A stretch of DNA of 64,000 nt from Fistulifera solaris. Taxonomy: Eukaryota. Where the stretch lies: positions 248,001-312,000 of the forward strand of contig AP026126.1 of the NCBI GenBank assembly GCA_030295235.1, given 5' to 3'. Positions within the stretch are counted from its first letter, which is position 1; each line of letters opens with the position of its first letter. The notes below the pieces were generated by a model that was not told the DNA's origin, did not search any database, and saw only the letters and a program-made list of their open reading frames with translations. A program made the translations under genes and the position numbers. Below, one piece after another: positions 26,353-37,968 of this stretch.

Positions 26353-26577
26353 GTGAGGATGCTATTATCCATAATTATTATTCAAGAGTGACAATCATCC
26401 ACAGATCGATTTAAGCAATCATCGTACCACCCGGTACCAGTACAGAGAACCACTTTCTTCTTCGGGTATAATCCCTCTTTAAAAAATTTTGCAATCATAC
26501 GGAATATTGATGCAATTGATATTGTTGTTAATAATGATATAAAAAGTCCTCTCTATTCCTACAAACCAACTCCTCCG

Positions 26578-27703
26578 TCAAAAACTCGACACCGATTCCA
26601 TGTTGGAGCCTTCGTGCGCCGATGTAAACCGTACCTCGTCCGTCATGATTTCACTCTCATCATCCCAAGCTTCCGCTTCTATTTGTTGCTGCATCTTTTG
26701 ACGTCGTTCTTGTTCTTCTTTCGAGGCCGCAAAATGTGAAGGAGCTAACACCGATTCCAGTTGGGGTGGCGATGCTGTTAGTACTAAATCATCCATCCAC
26801 GACGATGCGAGCATGTCTTTTGCACCTGCACGCGTGTCGGTTCTTCGGGTCGGTAATGGATCGGAGCTTTGTCGGTAATGGTTTTTAAGATGGTCGAATC
26901 TCCCGCTTCCGTATGCACCGTGAAGCTTCCTTCACTGCGATCGTCTCCTCCACGAGGAGGTGTGGACTCGGGGGATCGGGCTTCCGCCGTTAACACCGAG
27001 ACGGCTTCTTTCGTCGTGGGAGGACCATAATACCGTGATATAAGTAAAGCCACCACCGCGACGACGGCTAACGTAGCTGCGACGGAAATCACAATAATGA
27101 TAATATCATTTGCATCGTCGTCGTCGTCGTCGTCGTCTTCCGGCAAAACAATGGCTTCATCGTTGGGTCGATCCGCCAAAAGACGGAAAATTCCACTTGA
27201 CTGAGCGGAGCACTCCCCGCACCTCCACTTTGCAAGACCTTCGGTAACAGGAATTCGAGCGCATATTGCGTCCATTCTTCCAGTCGGGCTGGAGTCAAAT
27301 TGTTGCGGAGACCGGAAAATTGCGCCAATCCTCCCAACGGAAACGACAAGGTCGTTTGATTGTTTTGATATTGTCCTTCCATATCCCTAAGAAACATATA
27401 TTGCAATGTGGCGTCTTCCAGTTGCGTTCGAAAATACGTTTCAATGACTCGACTTAACACCCCAAACAAATCATCCAATTCGATTTCTTCGAGTGGTTCG
27501 GGTGTCGGAGCCAATACGAGATAAAAGGGATTCATCATGATACGAAAGGATCCTCGATTATTCACAGTAGTGTCATCGAGTCTTCTTTGTTGTGTGCTGG
27601 TAGCATGCGTCAAGGAGGCCAACAGGCTCATTAGCAGGAACAGACATGTTGTGCCGATCGAAGAGCGCTTCCTCCGTATAACGAACGATGATTCTTTCCT
27701 CAT
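26578..27703 (-). CDS. Type I membrane protein: signal peptide, RRL motif, globular ectodomain, acidic stretch, TM helix, cytoplasmic tail; two frameshifts
   Basis: TCLFLLMSLLASLTHA-TSTQQRRL is followed by the ectodomain. TM is IIIIVISVAATLAVVAVVALLI. Joined from ORFs 27089-27790, 26784-27275 and 26578-26814. Confidence 0.6.
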
Positions 27704-28183
27704 CGTTGCTGCTATATTACGATGTAGGAAGAATAGCAATAAATCCGTTCCCAGTGCTTTAGGTGATAATAACTCGTTTACGAATGCCAAGGATGTTGGT
27801 TACTTTGGTGTGAGTGTGAGGGGACGAATAATGAGTCTTGTATTTTTGGGTGTTTCTCATGGGTCGGTCGTGAAGGCCATGAATAAAAAAAATAATTGCG
27901 CCGGTGGAGAAAGTAGAAGGAGAAGCCGTGTCTTTAATGATGAAACAACCTCATCGTAGTTTGTGTTTCATAATTATTAGTTTAGGTGCCGCGGAAAACA
28001 ACCCAGTCCCACCTGAGACACTATGGGACGATAAGTAACAGTCAGTCGTTGGAACGATTGACATGCGTCGCTCCGGTTTACCCTCATCATCGGTTCCTTT
28101 ATGATGTTACTCCAAGTATTCATTTTTCGCAAACAACACTAGCTAGTAGGAGGAAAAAGACGAGCACTTGAATCTCTACCACC

Positions 28184-29065
28184 ATGAAGCCACGATGGCT
28201 TTCTACTACTACTACTACTTCTTCTACTACTACTATTATCCGAAGAAAACCCGTGGTGGCACACAATTTCCTCTCCCGGGGATGTATCCCTTATAGCAAA
28301 GGTTGGGCGTTCCAAGCGCAACAGTTGCAACAACGTCGTGCCACCGAGGACAGCCTGCTGTTGTTCGAACATGGGCCCGTCTATACGTTGGGACGAGGTG
28401 CCAATGAACAGCATTTGACATTTTATCATCAATTAAGTGATGAAGAACGAGAACGATTGTCACGGACGTCGCGGGGACCCGGGTCGGCACGATTGGATCG
28501 ATGGTGCAGTGACAGTGACAGTGACAGTGACGCTACACCACCGGTCCTCAGTCCCACCCGTAAAGTCCCCATTTATCGGGTCGAACGGGGTGGACAAGTT
28601 ACCTTCCACGGTCCGGGTCAATTGGTTATATATCCCATCTTCGATTTGCAGCGGGCACCCTTTCGGAAAGATTTGCACTGGTTGGTACGGCAATTGGAAG
28701 AGTCGATACTACGGGCGTTGCAAACGAATTATGATATTGAAGGACGTCGAGACGAAATCAATAGTGGAGTATGGGTCGGTCACGATAAGATTGCCGCCAT
28801 TGGCGTATCTGCGTCGCGATGGATTACTTATCACGGATTGGCTCTCAATGTTGCACCGGATTTATCGTATTTTGATACCTCGCAGATACTACCGTGCGGG
28901 TTGGATGGAAGAGGTGTCACGAGTATCGCGAAAGTATGGGAAGAACGGGGAGAAAGAAAACCACCACCTTCAGTCCAAGATGTCGCTTTGTCTATTCAAA
29001 AGAGTATGGAAGTGGTGTTTGGTATTGAAATTAGAGATTATGAAATCACGAATGATGATAGATAG
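28184..29065 (+). CDS. lipB: Lipoyl(octanoyl) transferase LipB/LIP2, probably organellar
   Basis: Motifs LLLFEHGPVYTLGR, RGGQVTFHGPGQLVIYPI, GVWVGHDKIAAIGV, HGLALNV and ILPCGL. Confidence 0.95.
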   Translation: MKPRWLSTTTTTSSTTTIIRRKPVVAHNFLSRGCIPYSKGWAFQAQQLQQRRATEDSLLLFEHGPVYTLGRGANEQHLTFYHQLSDEERERLSRTSRGPGSARLDRWCSDSDSDSDATPPVLSPTRKVPIYRVERGGQVTFHGPGQLVIYPIFDLQRAPFRKDLHWLVRQLEESILRALQTNYDIEGRRDEINSGVWVGHDKIAAIGVSASRWITYHGLALNVAPDLSYFDTSQILPCGLDGRGVTSIAKVWEERGERKPPPSVQDVALSIQKSMEVVFGIEIRDYEITNDDR

Positions 29066-29132
29066 ACGCGGGGTCGCATACAACCGAGGCGTGTGAGTGA
29101 TATCGAGGCGTGTCAAGGAAAGCATTTTTCTT

Positions 29133-30205
29133 CTAATCGCCCCTCTTCTTCATTGCCGCCAATTGCGCCAGAATATCGCTATCCAGTTCACTGCTGTACG
29201 AATAATTTCCCGCCGAGTCGGTCGAACTATCGTCCTTAACTTTCTTTTTGCGGGCTTTCTGAAGGTCGTCCTTCCTTTTCGATTTTGAAGAATTCTCTTT
29301 TCCTGCATCACTATTCTTTTCCGTCTGCAACAAATCAGTCACCGCTTCGTCTTCATCGTAATATTCCATAGCACCAGTAGCTTGATTCCGCCTCTTTTTG
29401 GGATTCAAGGTTTTGGTGGCCGACGGTCGTTTTTTCTTTACATTCTTACCACCCGCCAATTGATCGACCAATTCTTGTGGATATAGTTCACTATCCATAT
29501 CATCCGGTTCATTTTGGAGCAGTATGCGACTGTTATTGTCAAAAGTATGACTCTTCTTGCTTTTCTTTTTGACATTCGTAAGTTCTTGCTCTTTTTCTTG
29601 TAACAATTTTTCCAATTGTTGAATGCGTTCTTGCGCTTGTGTTGTCTTCTCTTTTTGTTGATGGTACAATAGTAAAAAGTTGTCCAACAATTCACTCTTT
29701 TCGTTTTGCCAAACATTTTCGAGTTGATGCGCCGTCTCTTTCCAGGCCTCACGATCGTGTTCGACATGTCGCAACGCCGTTTGCAATGTTTCACACGCCA
29801 TTTGACCTTGTTGCTGAACGTGCAGGAGATGTTCGGTAAACTCGTACCATGTACCCGTACGCAGTAACGTGGTGTCCCATACTTGACGAACAATGCCCAA
29901 AGACAACTGCTGCAAAATTTGCATCCGAATACGGTCGGGAAGAGATGATGATGATGATGATGATAATGATTCGTAACGAATCGTATACGCGGGGTCTGGT
30001 GCTAATAATTGACGTTGCAAAATTCCACTCCTCCCTCGCGGGGAAGATCTTGTGGTGATGAAAGTAGCACCTGAAAGGTACCCGAAGCTTGAGCAATGAC
30101 GAGACGATATGAGGAAGAGGAGGATTCGGGTTCCATCGTCAAGGCAAACATCGCGGGATGCCCGTCGACTTGCATCGAACCAAAAACATTCGTCGACGAA
30201 TTCAT
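29133..30205 (-). CDS. Coiled-coil nuclear protein, possibly XRCC4-like (frameshift ~30030)
   Basis: A beta-rich N-terminal region precedes a long coiled coil (NEKSELLDNFLLLYHQQKEK) and a basic/acidic tail with NLS-like KKKR and KKRR. Confidence 0.45.
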
Positions 30206-30617
30206 TCTCTCTCTCTCTCTCGCTCGCTCGCTGGCTCTATTATTCTTTCTTCTTTTGTGACTTAGTAAACGCTGAAAACGGTCATTGTGGGGCGAATTGC
30301 CGAAATATCGTTTCACTTTTTCACATACGGCGCATCCAAATGATTCGCCGAACATGGAAAAACGCGGACGACGAGATGAGTGTAAGATCCCCTTTCGATC
30401 AGGACTCACCGGGGGAATGAGCAGTCCCGCTGTAAATTTCCGTTGGTTGGATGAAGCGTTAAGCCGTTAATTCCAATCTTGCACCTATGGACGTTTTCGG
30501 TTGGCTTGCGTGACACGCCGAAGAGTATTTAGGAACAGTCTTTGGCGGTTGTCTACTTTTGCTTCTATAAAAACGCGTTCGCCAGTCGTATAAAGACGTA
30601 TTTGGAAGTATCGTTTC

Positions 30618-32372
30618 GTGCACCTCTCTTGGATCGCCGCCACGGCTATTTACCAAACAGGTCCATTGCCAAATTCCGAACGAAGAGTCGTCAAGTGCCG
30701 TCCTCCCTCTTTCATTATTACAAGACTCCTCCTCCTCCCTCTCCTTCCCTCCTCCTCCTATCCTCTTCCAACAGAGAGTCGTTTCTACAGTTTATCATTC
30801 AACATAACAACCAGGCACGCTAATACTACAATGACTACTACTACTACTACTACTACTCCACGAGACTTGCAACAAACTGCGTACCGCGTTGTCTTTGATC
30901 CGTTCGTCTTGCAATTCACGGGTGCCCCTTGTTCGTCCGAGATAGCCCAATCGTTGCGGGATGGCATGGAAGATTGTTTACGTGTATATAGTCGGGAGCG
31001 ATGTAACATTGATGCCGCCTATATAGGTTTAGGAGGAGCCGTTTGCGTCAATGACGAAAGTGAAGTGCTCATCAACGGTGGGGTCTTTTCCTTCAACGGA
31101 ATGGATGCCTTACCAGCAACCATTGCTAATTGTGTAAAAGAAGCTTCATACTCCGAGACCTGTGATACGGTGTGGCGTGCCGCATTGCCCGCATTGGGGA
31201 CGATTGATTATGCCAAAGTAGCGTCAAGTGCGTCGGATCCTCCCTCGGATGTACCGTCTTTGTCGCCCGTAGCCACCCCTTCGGCCCGTCCTTCATCACT
31301 CGGATCGACGGAACCGAGCATGGCAGCCACCGCCGACTACTCTGTGACACCATCGGCGACACCGACCGCACAAGCTTCGGAGGATATCGCCTCCCAGGGG
31401 CCGTCTCTGGTACCGGTGGCGGCCGCACCATCTCCCATTGCCACACCTCCCATTGCCACCACCACCACACGCGTCCCCACAACAACCAGTGGGATCGTCA
31501 ATGAGCCGTTAGCACGATCTCAAAAAGACAAGACGGTACCGATTACCACTGTCGCGGTGGGATTGGCGGCTCTCTTGCTCGTATTAGTCTTTGTATTCAA
31601 GAATAAACGCGAACGCAACTCGACCAAGGCCCGCTTTGAACCCATGGACGATGACGAATCCTCCAATGCTTCGGGATTCATTGGGATTGCTCCCCTGCAA
31701 ACGACCAACCAGGAGGGTGATTTGGAACAAGCGGTGGAAATCAGTCTCAAAAAGAATCAAAAAAATGACCTCAATCAAACATTGTCGACCACTGCGAGTT
31801 CGTCCCCGGAGAAAGAAAAGACGACGACTTTACACAAAACGTTTCGTCATGCGGCGGAGCGGTCGTTACCGCGACCTGAACTCACGCCCCGTAAACCAAG
31901 ATCTCGTCCCAATACACCTATTAGTAGCATCCCATTTGATGAAGAACTTCCCTCCAATCCGACTCCGCCGGTCACCGTCGTTCAGAAAGAAATCTGCGGG
32001 ACATCGTGGTGGAAACAAATGAATGCGACCAAAGTGCGGAATCCGACACTCTGTCCGTATACTCCTCTCTTGGAAGATGGATTGTGTTGTCCCACAACGA
32101 ATCATACAGTCCCCAACACGATACACGACAAGGCTACGGTCAAGGATGATGTCAGTGATTTTGAGCTCGATTGGGATCCGGATGATACGAGTAGTGTCGA
32201 TGATTACCATTCACAGCAAGCTGCAGTGATAACGCCACCATCGAAAGGACGCAATGCCGAGCTGCCACCTTTGCGCAAGAAAAGCGATTCAAGACTACTC
32301 TTGAGCGCATCGAGCCGCCGATCCGATTATCAAATGGACCAAATTATTGCTGGTTCCGAAAAGGAAGTGTAA
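30618..32372 (+). CDS. Type I membrane protein with a Cys-containing ectodomain, Ser/Thr/Pro-rich stalk, TM helix and long cytoplasmic tail; true start uncertain (first ATG 30830)
   Basis: Long ORF with an RDLQ motif, PSxxPS repeats and TM VAVGLAALLLVLVFVF followed by KNKRER. Confidence 0.65.
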   Translation: MHLSWIAATAIYQTGPLPNSERRVVKCRPPSFIITRLLLLPLLPSSSYPLPTESRFYSLSFNITTRHANTTMTTTTTTTTPRDLQQTAYRVVFDPFVLQFTGAPCSSEIAQSLRDGMEDCLRVYSRERCNIDAAYIGLGGAVCVNDESEVLINGGVFSFNGMDALPATIANCVKEASYSETCDTVWRAALPALGTIDYAKVASSASDPPSDVPSLSPVATPSARPSSLGSTEPSMAATADYSVTPSATPTAQASEDIASQGPSLVPVAAAPSPIATPPIATTTTRVPTTTSGIVNEPLARSQKDKTVPITTVAVGLAALLLVLVFVFKNKRERNSTKARFEPMDDDESSNASGFIGIAPLQTTNQEGDLEQAVEISLKKNQKNDLNQTLSTTASSSPEKEKTTTLHKTFRHAAERSLPRPELTPRKPRSRPNTPISSIPFDEELPSNPTPPVTVVQKEICGTSWWKQMNATKVRNPTLCPYTPLLEDGLCCPTTNHTVPNTIHDKATVKDDVSDFELDWDPDDTSSVDDYHSQQAAVITPPSKGRNAELPPLRKKSDSRLLLSASSRRSDYQMDQIIAGSEKEV

Positions 32373-32470
32373 CTATTGTTTTTTTAAAGAAAAAAATAAC
32401 GCCTTATAAATTATAAAACGGGATATTTGTTGGTTTCAAAAGGTAAACAATCTGTCTCGACTAGAGTGAT

Positions 32471-34012
32471 TTACGCATCGTTCTCGAACGTGGCAATGAT
32501 TTGGCGGGCTTGTTCTTCCCACTTCCTTTGATTCTCGTACAACGAAAGCGATCGATCATTTCTGTAGATGGTGGGTGGACGCTCGTTTCGTAAGAGCATG
32601 GCTCGCGCGGTTGCTGGAAACTGGTCACTTTGTGCAAACATGTCCCAAGTGTCCTTCCCCACCGCCATCGTGACCGACTCTTCAAATTTACAAGGTGATG
32701 CGGTCGCAAATACCGCCGCGATCTTACCAGAATAGCCCAGTGTTTCGGCCGCTCCCATAGCTACGGCCGTGTGAGGATCCATCAGATAGTGGTGCTCCTT
32801 CCACACTTGACGAGTAGTCGTACACATGGCTTTATCCGAGATGCGGGCCGAATCAAACACTTGTTGTAGTTGCTCCAACCATTCGGTGCTCAAATCCAAT
32901 TTTTGGGTCGTTTCGACTTGAGTCATCCATTCACGAACTAATTGATCATCTTGTTCGGTCAGATAAAACAAGATTCGTTCAAAATTGTAAGGGATCTGAA
33001 TGTTGATGGCTTCGGATAACGTTTTTAGCATGAAAGGACTCGAGTGAAAGGCTCCCGTTTGCATGACACGGTGCGTGATATCATTGACATTGACCCCCGA
33101 ACACAGTTTTCCCAAAGGAATGCCCATTTTCTTGGCCATGTAACCACCCGCTAATGTTGGAACTATATGAGTCGTCACAGTCAACAATTCAGTCTCTTTT
33201 CCCATCTCGTTCAACGACTCACCTAAATTTCCCATAGCACCCGTGGGCAGTATGATATCGAGTGTCTGCTGACCAATCTCCCATTCTTCTTGTCCGGCTA
33301 CACGAAGATACGTCCAGATATAATGAATCATTTGCATCAACGGCCGCCCAATATTGTACGAATTGACACCCGTCCAGTGGCTGCTCGACGGAGCCGATTT
33401 TAACATGTTCTTAATGGGACGATCCATGTCGTCTCCTCCACCCTCAAACGCTACAACATGAACATGGGGAGAATCGGTCGTGGTCAATTGCTTCCGTTGA
33501 AACGACGAGATCTGTCCGGCCGGATAATGCACCAAAATGGTGAGCCATGGGTTACGAGCGTCCGATACCGCCTGGACAGCGGCCGGACCCGTATCTCCCG
33601 TCGTCGAAACCAACAGAGTCATGCGCTGGCGGCGTTTGGTCGCAAACAGCGACAAGAACCGCACAACGGCACGCATACCGAGATCTTTGAAGCAAAAGGT
33701 GGGTCCGTGAAACAATTCGGCCACGTACAAGGATCCGACTCGCTGGATGGGGATGACGGGTGGGGCAAAGCCTTCATAGGTCACAATTTGCGACAATTCT
33801 TGCGCACTGACTTCGGATTCACTCACAAAGAGACGCAATACGGTCTGTGCGAGTTGCGCAAAATCGAGTTTCGCCCATTCTTTCAACGTAGCGACCGACA
33901 CGGCTGGGAGAGTTTCGGGAACAAATAAACCTCCATCCGGAGCGTATCCGGAGCAGATTGCTTCTTCAAATGTACAGGAAATAGTCCGATTGCGTGTGGA
34001 AGTGTATCTCAT
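32471..34012 (-). CDS. Threonine synthase / THNSL2-like PLP enzyme (in-frame 72-nt intron 33151-33222)
   Basis: MRYTSTR, GYAPDGGLFVP, ELFHGPTFCFKD (PLP lysine), STTGDTGPAA, LPTGAMGNL, DPHTAVA and ATASPCKF. No organelle presequence. Confidence 0.92.
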   Translation of the reverse strand: MRYTSTRNRTISCTFEEAICSGYAPDGGLFVPETLPAVSVATLKEWAKLDFAQLAQTVLRLFVSESEVSAQELSQIVTYEGFAPPVIPIQRVGSLYVAELFHGPTFCFKDLGMRAVVRFLSLFATKRRQRMTLLVSTTGDTGPAAVQAVSDARNPWLTILVHYPAGQISSFQRKQLTTTDSPHVHVVAFEGGGDDMDRPIKNMLKSAPSSSHWTGVNSYNIGRPLMQMIHYIWTYLRVAGQEEWEIGQQTLDIILPTGAMGNLGESLNEMGKETELLTVTTHIVPTLAGGYMAKKMGIPLGKLCSGVNVNDITHRVMQTGAFHSSPFMLKTLSEAINIQIPYNFERILFYLTEQDDQLVREWMTQVETTQKLDLSTEWLEQLQQVFDSARISDKAMCTTTRQVWKEHHYLMDPHTAVAMGAAETLGYSGKIAAVFATASPCKFEESVTMAVGKDTWDMFAQSDQFPATARAMLLRNERPPTIYRNDRSLSLYENQRKWEEQARQIIATFENDA

Positions 34013-34445
34013 GCTGATTTAGAAGAAAAGACGAGAGTAAGAATAATGCTTTGCGGAAAAGGATAAGATTCATTCTTTTCTCTTTTCTGTTCGCCATGTT
34101 TTAAAAATCTTGACTCGAATTCATTGCCGGTGGGACTTAATTTATCCAAAAAAAATTTGCTAAGGTTAGAAAGACTTCTAAGAATAACTACTCAAACATA
34201 TGGAATGTTCAATATTTTGCAAGACCTCAAGCTTGAAGGTTGCCCATTGTTTTGCATGACCCGCATTGTGCCTAGCAATCGATGTCAACCATTCAAGATT
34301 CGCCGTTTCAGCCCTGACGCTATCTCACAGTCTCCGATGATTCGAGAATGAAGGCAATTTTGTATTGACAGATGCGACCGTTCCACGCTCGCTAATCTCA
34401 CACACGATGATTCATAAATAGAGAGTAGCGTTCCCTCTTGTGAAT

Positions 34446-35012
34446 TTACCCAATTTGCATATCATCTGCTGCCCGCGCTAAGGCCGTTTCACTGCGGCAA
34501 TCCAAACAAAGGTCGGTCACGAACCCGTCTGCATCGTAATCGACGGTTCGACAAAATTTGCAATACCCATGACCGCATATTTCACACGCGGCCACGCATT
34601 CGTGACACACGGGCTTTTCGCAAAACGTACACGATTCTCGTTGTCCCAGAGACGTACTTTCCAAGTCCACTACAACGGGTGGTGCAACCGCCGGAGATGA
34701 TTGAAAATAAGACCACAGGGTTGTATTCCGCAAACCGGCGCGTGGCTGTGTCATCGTCATGGTAGAGAAGACGCGTTGACAAACGGCACAACTGTCACGG
34801 GTCGGAGGCTTTGTTGTTTCTGGTTTCTGGTTCCACCATGCCACGTCCTCTTTCGCGACTGCGGGTGGCGACGGAGCCAAATGAGGCGTTTCTAATAAAA
34901 CAGTATCGGCAAGCCGTATCCGCTTCAAAGGCGATGCAAACATTTCATCACCGTCAAGTCTTCGTTTGTGTTCTTGATGCAAGAAAGAATAATTACTCAG
35001 AGAATAATCCAT
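34446..35012 (-). CDS. SIVA-like Cys-rich zinc-finger protein
   Basis: CAVC...CTFCEKPVCHECVAACEICGHGYCKFCRTVDY...LCLDC matches the Cys spacing of the SIVA C-terminal domain. KRIRL is NLS-like. Confidence 0.65.
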   Translation of the reverse strand: MDYSLSNYSFLHQEHKRRLDGDEMFASPLKRIRLADTVLLETPHLAPSPPAVAKEDVAWWNQKPETTKPPTRDSCAVCQRVFSTMTMTQPRAGLRNTTLWSYFQSSPAVAPPVVVDLESTSLGQRESCTFCEKPVCHECVAACEICGHGYCKFCRTVDYDADGFVTDLCLDCRSETALARAADDMQIG

Positions 35013-35446
35013 GCTAAATTGTTGCTGTCTTTTTTTCCTGCTTCATGCGTTGATTATTTCCGAAAGTTGACTTGTTGAAAACGAATGAATGAACTTCGAG
35101 TGTTCGATGAGATGAGCAATAAAACTATCATCAACCTTGCTTGCAAGCGAGCCGCTTCTCTAAGAAAAAATTCCCTCCAGAATTCCTGGTACTGGTACCA
35201 GTAACGTGCGGCTTGCGAAAAATGCAGAAGCATAACCATTGTCATCGCGGCGAATCGAACGCCGGTTTACCGGACCACAACCGGTGGTACTAACCACTAT
35301 ACGACGATGACTTAGCCGTTGCAATTGTTTTTGAAACATATGATATCTCAAATTCTACATTGTCCCATCCTAAATATCAAAGAATGCTTCGTCGACTACG
35401 TTTCAAATGGTTAACCATTCCTTGCTAGAAAACTATTCTATATTCT

Positions 35447-36532
35447 TTAAGAAAACAAACGACAATACTCTGCCATGGCCGTCATGGCTTGGGCATGTCG
35501 ATTGCCGGGCGGAGCCGTGGGCACATACGGTCGTTCCCGCAACCACAATTGCGCAATCCATTTATCCCCGGATACCACTTGCTGTCCACAATGCAACGTC
35601 CGGATATCGTAGGGTGTCTCGGGGAGACCACCGGCGGCTGGAAAGAAAAGCAACGCCGTTCCTTGCGTGGGTCGGACAGCAAGTCGTTGGCCGTGCTCGT
35701 CTTGTAAATCGCGAAACAGGGTGGCACCGCCGTCCTCTGTAGACAAATCGGTCAAATACACCAGCAACGTCGCAATGCGTTGACTATCTTGTTTTTCCGT
35801 AGGCCCCAGAGCATCCAAATGCCAAGTAAACTTTTCCTTGGGACGATATCGTACCGTTTGTGGTTCTTCCCAACAATCAATGGAATCGAGTCCCAACAAA
35901 CGAGACGCTTTGACCATGAGTTCCGGAACGCTGGCGAATGGATGATACCATGTTGTACTGGTCCGTTGCGCTTTCGCGACAGCATCTTTGCCGACCGTGG
36001 GAGAGCGGCTTTGGAGAGAATTCGTATTGGTAGAAAGAGCTTGGTAACGTTCGCATTCGTCGGCGGTAAAAAAGTTGGGAACGGAGATGACCAGAGGATC
36101 CACGTGCAAGACTCGCAAATTGTTAAAAGCGGGTAGACTATCAAACATGGTGGAAGATGAATCCAAAGTTGGACTCTCCGACAATGTTATGAGATCCTCC
36201 AACAGTGAAGTAGTACTCGATGCTTGCGTGTCGTAATTGAAGTCCGGAAAACCATAGATTTGATCCAATCGTTGATAAATTTCACTCGAAAAAGTAGTAG
36301 TATCGGATGGAATCAATGTTGACAGAATATTCGGATCTAATTTCGGAAATAAAGCATAATCATCTTCGATTTTGGGTGCTTTCTTGGGCGTGCCAAATCC
36401 ACCGCCACTCGCTCGTCCTTTGGCGTGCAAAGCGGACGTCGGTTTCGGATCTCTGCACAGAAAGCCGTCTGCGAATTCTGACACGAATGCAAGCAGTAGA
36501 AGAAGGCATTTGTTGTTCTTTAGCAGCATCAT
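35447..36532 (-). CDS. Prolyl 4-hydroxylase-like 2OG-Fe(II) oxygenase with a signal peptide (possible bipartite plastid targeting)
   Basis: DPLVISVPNFFTADEC, RTSTT, EEPQTVRY, WHLDA (HxD), RIATLLVYL, GGATLF, RTLHCG and KWIAQLW. N-terminus is CLLLLLAFVSEFADG-FL. Confidence 0.85.
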   Translation of the reverse strand: MMLLKNNKCLLLLLAFVSEFADGFLCRDPKPTSALHAKGRASGGGFGTPKKAPKIEDDYALFPKLDPNILSTLIPSDTTTFSSEIYQRLDQIYGFPDFNYDTQASSTTSLLEDLITLSESPTLDSSSTMFDSLPAFNNLRVLHVDPLVISVPNFFTADECERYQALSTNTNSLQSRSPTVGKDAVAKAQRTSTTWYHPFASVPELMVKASRLLGLDSIDCWEEPQTVRYRPKEKFTWHLDALGPTEKQDSQRIATLLVYLTDLSTEDGGATLFRDLQDEHGQRLAVRPTQGTALLFFPAAGGLPETPYDIRTLHCGQQVVSGDKWIAQLWLRERPYVPTAPPGNRHAQAMTAMAEYCRLFS

Positions 36533-36840
36533 CGTCACCGGTTGAAGAGGCGTTGTATGATGTACGCGATGCAGTAACAAATAATATGGACGAGATCGAT
36601 GTCGACATGTCGACATGTCTCGTGTCTGTCGTCTGTCCGTAAGTCATCTGTTCGTTAACTCTATAGTAGCATCCGCGATCCGCGACTGACCCTCGAAATG
36701 AATGTATGTGGTCACGTTTGCCTATCATTCATTCGTGTCTATCGCGCGTCTGCTAAAAACAACAATAGAGAATATCTTTTGTTTTCTACAGAGTACTTTG
36801 TAGAACTGTTGAGGTAACAATACGGAGTTTAATAGATAGA

Positions 36841-37218
36841 ATGTCAACAGTGAAAAACAATCCCTACCGATCGGGGCATGCGACACCGCAATGGATGGTA
36901 TTCTGGGTCAAAGTTCTTTTGGTTCTCATTCTTCTCTTGCTGTTGCCCCAACTGGTGGATGGGAAGAAGTTGAATCGAAAAACGATACGAAAATGGATAC
37001 ACAAAATTCAATCACATTGTCGTGATCATGTTTGTTTCTCTGGTCGGTTGGAAGAATCGATGAATTGTATTCTTTTCTGTGTATCACCGGCATGTTACGA
37101 ATCGGTTTATGGTGACATGCCGTTAGAAGACGGTGAAATGGATTTAATGCGAGACGCAGCGTACGAAACCTGTTTGGAAAAGGAATTACGCCAGAAACGT
37201 ATGGTCGCCACCGAATGA
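36841..37218 (+). CDS. Small secreted Cys-rich protein, DUF4787-like
   Basis: Hydrophobic signal followed by NCILFCVSPACYESVYGDMPLEDGEMD..R..AY.TC. Confidence 0.7.
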   Translation: MSTVKNNPYRSGHATPQWMVFWVKVLLVLILLLLLPQLVDGKKLNRKTIRKWIHKIQSHCRDHVCFSGRLEESMNCILFCVSPACYESVYGDMPLEDGEMDLMRDAAYETCLEKELRQKRMVATE

Positions 37219-37350
37219 TTCCTAGTCTCGCTTCATTTTGATGCGTACGATTGCTTCATTCACACTTTTTACACATAGAATAATAACATCAAACTATTGA
37301 CTCATCTGGTTGTCTTTTACTCCCTTTTCTTTTTATTCTTCTCTCTTTTG

Positions 37351-37928
37351 TCAACCATTCACTTCTTCCAGCGTCAGACCACCTTCATCACCAAAACTCG
37401 CCATTTCAATCGTATGTTTCCCTGTCCAATCATCCTCTTCGTCATCCAAAAATTCGTGTGAAAAATCATCGTCACGAAAGGAATCATCAAAATCGTTATC
37501 AATGTAATGCGCGGCAACGGCACGATATTCACCCCGTGACATCGATCTCCGTCGGTTCCGTACGAATCGCATGGTTATAAAGACAACCGCCCCCACAATC
37601 AAAACAGCGAAATAGGGATGATTCTGAGAAAAAGTTGTAGTTTGACAGATCATTCGACGCATAAAACCTGCATTCGTATGACAAGATTTATGATTCGTTA
37701 TTGTTGTTGGTGGCGATGGATCCGATATTGTTATGGAGGGATGATGATTGTGGCTTGTTTTGTTTTTAGCGGGAGAACTGTGTGGTCCCATGGTTGCGTG
37801 ATCTGACGAGTGTTGATACGTGTAATTGAATTCTGGATCCGAAAGTGGATTGGTCATGTTCATTACAACGTGTGAAATGTCTTCTTCCAACGCCACGTCG
37901 TCATCGACTTGTGAAGAAGGATCGGTCG

Positions 37929-37968
<40 letters not shown>

